A stretch of DNA of 64,000 nucleotides, taken from positions 1,612,001-1,676,000 of the forward strand of contig LSRY02000008.1 of assembly GCA_001643675.2 (NCBI GenBank), in the 5' to 3' direction. The notes under the pieces are model-generated. The model was not told where the DNA came from. It did no database searches and worked only from the letters and a program-made list of their open reading frames with translations. Each line of letters begins with the position of its first letter. The first letter of the stretch is position 1. Origin of the DNA: Monocercomonoides exilis PA203. Taxonomy: Eukaryota > Protista > Preaxostyla. This document shows positions 49,885-60,002 of this stretch, one piece after another. The position numbers and the translations under genes are program-made.

Positions 49885-51357
49885 GTGAATCAAGCTCCAT
49901 TTCTTTCAACTCCCTCAATGCTCCTTGTTTCCTTCTCACAACTCACATTTTTCAATATTTCAACAGCAAATGATGCATGTTCGCCTTCAACCACTACGTC
50001 AATCCAAACCTCATGTTTTATTAACAGTTGCTCATTTTCGTCTGTTTGCGACATATATGATGGAGGTATTGTTCCTTCACTCAACAACCCCTTGGTCTTT
50101 TTGACAGCCTCAAACACCTCGTTTGTTGGGTGTTGCAGGACAAGGAATGTGAAATGTGAAGGAACTGCAGAGGTTCTATTGAAACCAGACAGACAGAATG
50201 AAACATTCAATGGAGCAAATTCATTCACTTGGTGCGAGTGGAGTGAATCGAAGGCAACAGGAAACGGCAACACATATGCCGATGGCACTTCGAACGGTGG
50301 TGCTATTTTCATGTTTGGTCAATCGTCTGCCACTGTTTCAGTTTCGCATTGTGCATTCAATGAATGTGTTGCGTATTACGCAGGCGGAGGGATTTCATGC
50401 TATAGCATTAAATCAGTTGAGATTGTGAATAACACATTTAATGCTTGTGCTTCTGAAACATGGATTGGAGGAGGGGTGTTCGTTTTTACTATTTCAACAT
50501 GTGTTCGGATCAGCGGATGTGAATTCCAGAATTGCAAAGCATATAGCCATGGAGGAGGACTTTTTCTTGAAAATTTTAATGTTTCGGGGCAAGAATGCAT
50601 TGGAACAGAAAGTGGAGAAGGGGAGAGTGCGTGCGTGTTTGAATGCTGTTTCACTTCATGCTCAATAACTGGAACATGGGGAGGAGGCATGTATTGCAGA
50701 AATGTTCCCAATCAATTCAAGATTAGAAGCGTCAGGTTTATTTCGTGTAACGCATCGACCAGGGGAGGCGGATTTCATTTGGAACCAATAAAGCAAACTG
50801 TACCAGCTGATGGGCTTTATTGCTATTTCCTCTTCTTCCATGAATGCAAATGCTTGGGTGATCCACCACATGGTCACGATATGATATATCTGGATTATTA
50901 CAATTTATATTTGGATTCTGGGAATCCGTTCCATGAATGTTACACAACAAACACAGATGATCAGAGAGTGTGCTACGGATATATTGCATCGAGTTCGACA
51001 AGTTGGACATTTCAGCACACAGAAAAGTGGGATTGGCTGAAGGATTGGACGAAGGTTCTGTATGTGGGTGCTAATGGAAGCGACTCGAGTGGGCTGTGTG
51101 GGATGGGTGAGCCAGCACCTTGCAAGACGGTGGGACACGCAGTGGAGACGGGCTTGGAAGAGCTGAGCTCATCAGTCACGCTGCTGGAAGGGAATCATCA
51201 AAGTGAGGCAACAACAATTAATATTGGATCAAAAAAGATTTCTGTCATTGGGACGGGCAAAAATAAAAATTCGATTGGAACAAAAACGAATTTTTATATT
51301 TCATCCTTCTCATCTTCATCTGCTCCTTCTTTCTTTTTCCTGCAATTTTTTCTCTAA
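49885..51357 (+). CDS. Cassette G, right-arm copy
   Basis: 490-aa protein identical to 34705-36177. Confidence 0.8.
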   Translation: MNQAPFLSTPSMLLVSFSQLTFFNISTANDACSPSTTTSIQTSCFINSCSFSSVCDIYDGGIVPSLNNPLVFLTASNTSFVGCCRTRNVKCEGTAEVLLKPDRQNETFNGANSFTWCEWSESKATGNGNTYADGTSNGGAIFMFGQSSATVSVSHCAFNECVAYYAGGGISCYSIKSVEIVNNTFNACASETWIGGGVFVFTISTCVRISGCEFQNCKAYSHGGGLFLENFNVSGQECIGTESGEGESACVFECCFTSCSITGTWGGGMYCRNVPNQFKIRSVRFISCNASTRGGGFHLEPIKQTVPADGLYCYFLFFHECKCLGDPPHGHDMIYLDYYNLYLDSGNPFHECYTTNTDDQRVCYGYIASSSTSWTFQHTEKWDWLKDWTKVLYVGANGSDSSGLCGMGEPAPCKTVGHAVETGLEELSSSVTLLEGNHQSEATTINIGSKKISVIGTGKNKNSIGTKTNFYISSFSSSSAPSFFFLQFFL

Positions 51358-52090
51358 AAAGAAGTGATTCAACAGCTTCAGCTCATTTCATGTCAACTTT
51401 AAATCTGCAAGCGTCTAATTTTCAATTTCCCTTCTCTTGGTATTTTTTCGAGCAGACATTAGATATTGCAAAGAAGGAGCAGAAAGGCGGAGGAAGAGCA
51501 TTTGGAGCTGCTAACTGTGAAAATGCTGTCAAATGCTCATTTATAATCACTAACTTTTTTGTAGATAATTTTTATAAAAACTTCTTCTTGGTCATCATCA
51601 TCATCATCATCATCCACTTCTCCTGATTCATCAGTTTTATCATCTCCTTCTATTTGTCGTTCAATGTCTTCTTCAATAATTACTTCTTTGCCTTCTTCGC
51701 CATTCTGGTCTATTTATTGGAATCAAGTTGTTGAAGTTTTTTGTTTCAGGGAATCTGAGGACTGGACTTTGGCTATTTTCTTTTCTTTTCTTTTCTTTTC
51801 TTTTCTTTTTTGGAGTAAAATGGGGAAAATGCTATTGGCATTTGGATCGTCGGCAGAGATGGGGCAGGCGGGTGTGTTAGCAAAAAGGAGCGATATTTAG
51901 AGGAGGAGGAGGAGGAGGAAAAGAAGAAGAAGAAGAAGCAGAAAATGAAGTGGAAAAAGCCGATAAAAAAACGGTACTGATTTTTCATAATTTGTATTGT
52001 ATTTTTATTTATTTGTTTGTTTGTTTGTTTATATTTATATTTTGTATTTTATTTTATTTAATATTTCTAAATTTATAATTTATTTTTTTA

Positions 52091-53854
52091 ATGATAGCAG
52101 GGACTTTTGCATGTATATTTAAAAGCGATGACAGAAAATGGATTTTTGAAAACAAGCAGAAGATTTCAATAGAAGAAAAAGAGATATGGGGAAAGCAGAC
52201 GATGAAGAAGGGGCAGAAAAGATGGAAAAAGGGATGCGACCATGTTGAGGTATTTTGTGAAATTTCACCAAGAAGCATTGAGAAGAGAAGGAGGCAAAGA
52301 AAGAAGTGCTTCAGTGAGCGAACTGCATTTCTCTTTTTTCTGTATTTTTCTCTTCCAACATATTTGTTTTTCAATATTTCAACAGCAAATGAGGCATGTT
52401 CGCCTTCAACCACTACGTCAGCCCAAACCACTTGTTTTATGAGCAGTTGCTCATTTTCATCGATTTGTGATGCGTATGATGGAGGAATTGTTCCTTCCCT
52501 CAATAACCCCTTGGCCTCCTTGTCTGCCTCAAACACATCATTTGTTGGGTGTTGCAGGACAAGAAATGTTGTTTGCGAAGGAACTAAAACTAATAAGCTG
52601 GCTCCAGGAAGACAAAATGAAACATTCAATGGAGCAAATACATTTATTTGGTGCGAATGGGATGGGTCAAAAACAGCGGGAAAAGGCGATTCATGGGATG
52701 ATGGTATATCGAGCGGGGGAGCGATATGCATGTTCAATTTGGGAGAAGGAATGTTGTCTATTTTGTTTTGCAAGTTCAACAACTGCTATTCTGATGCGCA
52801 TGGCGGAGGTGTATTTTGCCATGCAATCAAGACAATTGTGTGTGAGAACAGCACATTCAGCAGCTGCACAGCACAAGCAAATACAGGTGGCGGAATTCAT
52901 GCTTATTCGATTTTATCATGTGCTCGGATCAGCGAATGTGAATTCCAGAATTGTAAAGCAAATAATAATGGAGGAGGACTTTATCTTAATGATTTTCAGG
53001 TTTCAGGAACAGGATGCATTGAAGCAGAAAATGGAGGAGGGGAGAGTGCGTGTGTGTTTGACTGCGGTTTCACTTCATGCTCCCTTTCAAGTTCAAGTGG
53101 CGGAGGCATGTATTGTCGAACTGTTCCTGTCACATTTAAAATGAGGAGCATTCAATTTATTTCATGTAATGCTTCATCGTATGGTGGAGGGCTAAGCTTT
53201 GATCCGAATAAACCAACACCACCAGGTGATGGGATTTATTGCTTTTTCCTTTTCTTTCATGAATGCAAGTGCAGGATTACATCCACTCCATATGGTCATG
53301 ATGTGATGTATTATGATTACTTTAATCTTTATTTGGAATCAGGAAATCCGTTCCATGAATGTTACACCACAAATACAGATGACAAGAGAGTATGCTACGG
53401 ATACAATGCATCGAATTCGGGGAGTTGGGCATATGATCAATCAATGAAAAAGGATTGGCTGAAAGATAAAACGTTATATGTTTCGGTGAATGGAAATGAT
53501 AATTTTGAGTTGTGTGGGGCAAATGAAACATTTCCTTGTCTGACAGTGAAGAAGGCATTTGAAATGAGTGAGGTGCAGATAAACTTGGCAATCACGCTGC
53601 TGGATGGAAATCATCAAAGTGAGGCAACAACAATTGAGATTGGATCAAAGAAGATTTCAGTCATTGGGAGAGGCAAAGATAAGAGTTCGATTGGAACAGG
53701 AGCATTTTCATCAACAAGATCGCTGTTCAGTGTATCAACAGGTCATCTGGGAATGAGAAAGCTGAAGATTGATTGTAACTCAAATGCAAATCCTTCTTCA
53801 CCGAGTGTGGTTGTAGTGTCTTATAGAAGTGGAACACTTTCACTTGAATTTTAA
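52091..53854 (+). CDS. Cassette F' (right-arm copy, intact; 3' end differs from F)
   Basis: 587-aa ORF matching F until ~53607, then RGKDKSSIGTGAFSSTRSLFSVSTGHL as in E. Confidence 0.8.
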   Translation: MIAGTFACIFKSDDRKWIFENKQKISIEEKEIWGKQTMKKGQKRWKKGCDHVEVFCEISPRSIEKRRRQRKKCFSERTAFLFFLYFSLPTYLFFNISTANEACSPSTTTSAQTTCFMSSCSFSSICDAYDGGIVPSLNNPLASLSASNTSFVGCCRTRNVVCEGTKTNKLAPGRQNETFNGANTFIWCEWDGSKTAGKGDSWDDGISSGGAICMFNLGEGMLSILFCKFNNCYSDAHGGGVFCHAIKTIVCENSTFSSCTAQANTGGGIHAYSILSCARISECEFQNCKANNNGGGLYLNDFQVSGTGCIEAENGGGESACVFDCGFTSCSLSSSSGGGMYCRTVPVTFKMRSIQFISCNASSYGGGLSFDPNKPTPPGDGIYCFFLFFHECKCRITSTPYGHDVMYYDYFNLYLESGNPFHECYTTNTDDKRVCYGYNASNSGSWAYDQSMKKDWLKDKTLYVSVNGNDNFELCGANETFPCLTVKKAFEMSEVQINLAITLLDGNHQSEATTIEIGSKKISVIGRGKDKSSIGTGAFSSTRSLFSVSTGHLGMRKLKIDCNSNANPSSPSVVVVSYRSGTLSLEF

Positions 53855-55317
53855 AGTAATTTTGTCAAATGAGAAATGGAGAAAAAATATATCTCAAAAG
53901 TTATGTATTATTTGTTGAAATCTTTTTTTTTTTGATATTTTTATGTTTTGTTGGATTTTGTGTTCAAATACATGTTTTCATCATTTCACGATAATTATTT
54001 GATTTTTTGTGAAATATCAAAATAATTTTACAAAAATGCAAACATTTTTCATCATGAAATGAAATTTTCAAATAAAAATATGAAACATATTATTGAATTG
54101 AAAAATTTTCCATATTTGAAAGTTTGAAATATTTTGAAAAAGAAATGAAACAAATGAGTTGAGATTAAGGAACTCTTTTTTTTCAATCAAATCTTAATCC
54201 TTGAAAATGAGACAATCAAAATTATTTGCTTAATATTACAAATTAACAAGTAATGAGAGAAAAAGCTGAATTAAATTTCTTTTTCTGAGAAATTGATTTC
54301 AATAAGAAAGTTCATTATCGAGATTATTGAATCTCAACGAAATAACACAAATTTCTTTGAAAAGAAATAAAATAGTGTCGTTTTGTTGATGACTTTTTCA
54401 AATCCCAAAAAGTTTCTTAATAGTTTTGTTAATTATGGAATAGTTATTTGCATTGAAAATTCATATTGCAGCTCTAACTCATTTCAATTATTTTTATCAT
54501 TGAGCAGTCCTTTTATTTTGAAAAGTCAAAAACGATATAAATTGGTTTTTGATGAAAATAATATTGAATGATAACATTGTTTTCAATGACGTTAACTCAT
54601 TTCAGTTGAATTTCTGTGAATTTGTTTCAAAACACAAATTTGTTATAATCTTGTTTTGATTTTTCTCAGTTCAAAAATTAGTTCATTTTTTCTCAGAGGG
54701 CTCAATATGTGGAAAGTGATTTTTGAAAAAAACAAAAATGTTCCTCAATTCTTAAATTTAAAAAATATGTTAAGCTATCAATAATTTTGACAAATTTTTA
54801 TTTTTGATTAATTTGAAGATATCTTTCATTCAAAATTAAATCAAACATCATTTCTCATTATTTCTTTTCTGGTTAAAATTTTTTTTCCGAACCAATTTTT
54901 TTTCAATTTTTTCATTAATATCAATAAAGTGTCATTATTGAAAGATCGATATTGCAGAAAAAGAAAATGAACAAAAACTCAAAGGTTATTATGAAAGGAT
55001 TTTCAATCAAATTTATTTTATTAAAAATGAAGGATTTGATGGTTATTTGATATTCTGCAAAAATGTCAAAATTTTTGAGAAACAACAAAGCAATCACTGA
55101 ACAAAATGCGGTCTCAATTCTCGTTGGTTTAATATTTGCATATTGAATTTTACTTTTTCTCTTTTTAAATAAAAAGTGTCTCTTTTTTATTCTCAAAGTT
55201 TCGATTATATGAATGAAAAAATCGATAAAATGTTTTGAACATTTTCAACGTTCGATAAATTAAAAATAATGTTGATGTTGAGAAAAATGAATATTTTCAT
55301 TTTCCACAACCAAATAA

Positions 55318-55579
55318 TGGGTGATTCTTTTTGAAATCATTTTTTTTATTGAACAATCTTTCGGTTTGCAAATTCTTCATTCTGTGAAAGAAAAGAATAA
55401 AAAAAGAGATGATATCACCGTTTCGATTCAGTGTCTTTCATTTGTCTCTCATATTGTTTTCATTAATAAACATCAATGTGTTGAACATTTCTTTTTTAAT
55501 AAAGACATTTTTTTATTTGAAACTGTCCAGCTGTCTTCGCTATGGAGAAAAAACTTATGATTTCAACAATAATCACCCA
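55318..55579. mobile_element. ~257-bp MITE family, diverged copy (262 bp)
   Basis: TIRs tgggtgattctttttgaaatcat / atgatttcaacaataatcaccca, with internal tttcggtttg at the same offset as in the other copies. Confidence 0.7.
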
Positions 55580-58500
55580 AAAGATTTGTGAAGAGAATAT
55601 TCATTTTGTTTTGTCACTTCGTCTTTTTCATCAAAAGAAATTGACAATTCTCTGAACAAAACCAACTTTCTTTGAATTGTTCAGTTTTTCATCTGTTCCA
55701 AAATAATTTGGAATGATTTTTATAATTGTTGATTCTTGGTATCAGAGTTTGTCTTTTGGCTCTTTCTTTCTCTTTGTTTTCCGATCATATTCATTCAAAC
55801 ATTTTAAAAAGAAATCAACTCCAATTGTATCTTTCACTCATTTTGAGCATTTGAACTCCAATGTCATTTGGAGAAAAGATTCTTTAATAATGATAATTTT
55901 TATTTATGTTTTCCTTCAGATATTTCCCATTTTTTCTGAAAGATAGCATTTAAATATTTGAAAAAAAAAATAACATTATTTGAAAGAAAAGTGTTGAAAA
56001 ACAAGTGCCTGTTTTGTGAACCTGTTGAAAATAATGAGAAATCATCAAATATAGATTGGATAAAAAATAAAAAAATTGAAAGAGAGATATTTATATTTCC
56101 TTTCATGCAATTCAAAAAAAAATAGAATTGAATGAGGAGAAATGTGTGAAAGAAGCATTTTTGGTGAAGAAATGAAAAACATGAAGATTTTTGTGATATT
56201 TGAATAAGGTGAAAAAGAAGAAGAAGAAGAAGTTAGAAATTTGATAAAATCTTCCCTTTTCCTTCCCTCCTTTCTCTTTGATTTCTCTTGTTTGCCAATC
56301 TCCCAAGCTGCCCTTCACACACAATCTTCTGTGTCTCATCTCTTCTCATTTTTTGTGATGTGATTGACAAAATATGAACTCCCAAAAAAAAGAGAGACAT
56401 TTCCATCATTCTCTTCCTCCAAACAAATATTGCTCTTCCATCTCAATCAAACATCCTCCTTTTTTAAACCATCTTTTATTTCCTCTCTTTCTCTCTCTTC
56501 CACTCATCCCTTTCCTTTTCCAGTGATAACACTCTTTCTCCCTCCTCTCTTTCCACATTCTATCGCTCACAGGTCATTCAACCCCTCAAATTTTCGATTT
56601 CTATTTTTCTTTTTCTTTCTCTCTCTCAATATATATATAACTCACTCTAAACACACCTCTCATCAGAATTTCTCCCCAAATTTGTGTTTTGCTCCCTCAA
56701 CCCCCGTTTCCCTTCCTCCACTCTCCTCAAACAAATTCAGAACTTGTTCAGAGGAAACATTGCTTGTCCTTTTCTGTTCCAATACGAAATCAGCCTCCAC
56801 TTCATGGCTCTCAATTTCCATCCCCCTTTTCTTCTCATAGCAAATGGCATTCTTGCACATTTCTCTCACAGATGCATTCCCTTTCCCTCTAAAAATGTGT
56901 TGTTCCCTCTGCCTTTGCGATGCTGTAGTAGCCCTGCCAGGCTTTTCTGCAACTGTCATCCATTAATCGAGTTTCGTAGCCAATTGCAAGGCATCCAAAA
57001 CACTGTGGCCTGCCGCCTGACGCTCGCAGTCGCTAAGCACCCCACTTCTATTTTCACCCAACCAGCCAATTGATAATTTTCTCATTGTGAACAAACATAA
57101 TAATCTGTGTTTTTGATAGAATATTGTTGTATTTTCCACAAAATCAGATTGCGAACAGAGGCATCTGGCAACGCCACGAACTGCAGAAAATCTTTGGTGC
57201 TCATGTCTCCACAGATCGCGAGCAAATGGCTTCCTCGCACCCTGCTTTGGGATATCTCAGCTCTCAGCCAAAATAATAATAATGATTTATCTTTTCTCCT
57301 TTCAAACCAACAAGCATCAAATAGAATGTCCTCCAACCCCGTCACGGCTTTCCTTGCTTTTCGTTGTCCCTGGTCAGTTGCTGCGCCCATCGAAATAAAA
57401 CATATTCCTCCTCAAATATGTCCTCGTTCTGCTGTTCTTCAAACAACAAAAAAATACGATGCCATTTCCAAAAGCATGCACAGAATGAGCAACAGCCATG
57501 AAAACAACAAACACACACAAACACATTTCACCCCGTCACATCCCGCTTCACACTGCAAACAGCGTTGCGGCCATCAAAATATTCCGAATGTCTTGATCAT
57601 AATACATACTTAAATCCTTCAAAGCTGTTGATAAAACAAGTTTTTTAATGAGCAGACTCTCCGCACATCAACAAGCCATGATTATTGATATTTCATGAAA
57701 CCGATGCAATTTGGAGTGAAACCAAGTCTGTGGCTGACAGATTTCAGAACATCCGAGTATTTTCATATAATTGATGTATTTTGTGAAATCTGAAATCAAA
57801 GATAGAAATTGAAACATAATTGAAAATCTTTTTCAAAATGAATTGTGCACGAATAAATATTTTTTTTTGAAAAATGCAATGCGTGTGTATTTCATTTTAT
57901 TTTTGCCATTCATTAACAACCACTTTCTATCTTTTTTTGTTGGCCTTTCGTTTTTGAAGCAAGTTGAGCAGCAGAGGCAACGGAGTTTGAATGACTGTTG
58001 TTGTTTGAGCTTGCAATTGCTTTCTGTCTGCTGCTTGGCAGTTGCCACTACAAAATCCCTGCAAGCTAAATTATCGGGTGATGTTGAGTCAGGGGAAGCA
58101 TGGAGATGCAAAAGAGGCAGATGCATTTGAGTTTGTGTGCCATGAGGCTAATTCGATATTTGATGAGCATTTCAGATTTTTCAGCTGATATGACAGGATT
58201 ATTCGGGAAACTGGGGCGATGCTGAGACACAGGGTGAAAAAGGGGGAAGACACGAGAGAAAGAGAGATGCAATTCAACATTTTCAGAGGAACTGTTGAAT
58301 GGAATGGGCAAAATGGCAGGGGATAATAAGATGTCATTGGACAACACGATGTTGTTGGAGAAGCACACTGGGTGTTTGGGCTTGAGAAAAAAAAATGATT
58401 CATTTTCAGTTCAATCTGATCTATTTGTCGAGCATAAGGTTTGAGAAATTGATTTATGAAAAAAGGAAGAAAGGAAGGCAGGCAGACGAAATGAATGATT

Positions 58501-60002
58501 ATTTGAAGTTATGTCTTTGTGAGAACTTTCTGATGCACAATGATGGCTGCAAAAACAAAGAAATGAAAGCGATCTGTGCTTGATGTGCTGAGGAAGTTGC
58601 CTCAAGCAGAGACGAAACAGAAGAAGTACAGAAAGAAGAAGAAGAAGAAGAAGAAGAAGAAGGTCTTCTGGCTCTGAGCCACTTGAGCTTGTGAGATGGA
58701 GTGGCATTGCTTGGGTGTTTGATGTTTGATGAAATTTTTGAGTTTGCATGAACTCAAAAAAAAAAAATAATAAATAAATAGATAAATAAATAAATTGGAA
58801 AGTGGACAAGAAATTGCATTTGAAGGAGATTGGGGAGAGGAGGAAATACAATGAGCTGCACCACAATCTGACGCATCTGGAGTGCCAGCTGGTGTGGGAG
58901 TTTTTGATGAGCAGAATGTTGGAGGAGAGAGAATGAGAAAGTGTTGTTGTGAGAGACCGAAGATTTGGGAGAGATGTGCCAAAAGAATAGGAAGAGGCGT
59001 TGAGATGAGTGGATTTGACGAGAAAGGGGAGGAAGAAGGGGAAGAGAAAGGGGAAGAGTTGGAAGAGGGAGTTTTGTTTTGATGGGCAAATGCATTTGAA
59101 ATTCTTTTTGTGGGAAAGAATAAAAAAAGAAAATAGAAAAAAGAAAAAAGAAAAAAGAAAAAAGAAAGCATGAACGGCGAACATTATAGAATATCCGATT
59201 GGAAATGAATGGAACGGAGAAATATAGCCACAGAGCAGGTTTTCAATTCTGGCATATGCTTCGATTTGAGGCAAGGTTAAGGCAAGAGAATGAGGGACTT
59301 TGAACTTGTTGGACTTATTAATCAACACTTATGATTTTTGATGGCAAATGTTTTTCCGAACAATTTCGATAAGACGAATTTTTGACAAAAGAAGAATTAG
59401 AAGAATATTGAATTGGAGCATCGAAAAGGATGCTTCAATCTTTCAGGTTTATTATCAATGTGTGCAACTCCTTCCTTTTTTTAAATCAAATCTGATTTTT
59501 TTCAAATGACAATTAATTTATTGTTCGTGTTTAAAAATTTGATGTTATGTCCAACGCCAGTTCATAAACATGGAACGTGAAAAGATGATTTTTGAGCACT
59601 TTTTGAAAATACAGTTGAAACGAATTGAGAGCGAATGGAGGAATTAATTAAAGAAAATATATGAAATGAATGGAAGAGGAAAGACTTGAAGATTAATACA
59701 AAATTTTGAAAAGGGGGAAGGGAAGAAGCAAAGGAGAGAGCGGAAAATTGATGATTTGATAAAAGAAAGATTCTGGCAAGAATTAGAGAAGACGAAGAAG
59801 AATGATGAAGACGAAGAAGATATTAACAAAAAATAGAATAAAAGAGAATATTAAATGAAGGCGAAGAAAGAAGGGAAAGAGAAGATGGATTATATGATTT
59901 TTTGAGGGATGCTTGAAGAAAAATAGAAAGAAAGAAGAAGTGGAAGAAATATTTATATGAGAGAGTTGTGGAACTCATCAGTTGAGATGAAGAGGACAGG
60001 GC

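Larger units (their letters stand above)
32455..53607. repeat. Giant palindrome P3: arms 32455-42800 and 43258-53607, 457-bp AT-rich spacer
   Basis: Mirror ORF pairs 34705-36177/49885-51357, 42460-42645/43413-43598 and 36770-37231/48829-49290. Very few substitutions seen (e.g. TACIEC versus TACLEC). Confidence 0.97.

Noticed and set aside
1-53607. Palindromes as purely assembly or amplification artefacts
   Set aside because: Disfavoured by the arm-specific MITE with an empty site, patchy substitutions, different minisatellite lengths and mismatched cores. It is not fully excluded for the nearly invariant P3, P2 and inner P1.
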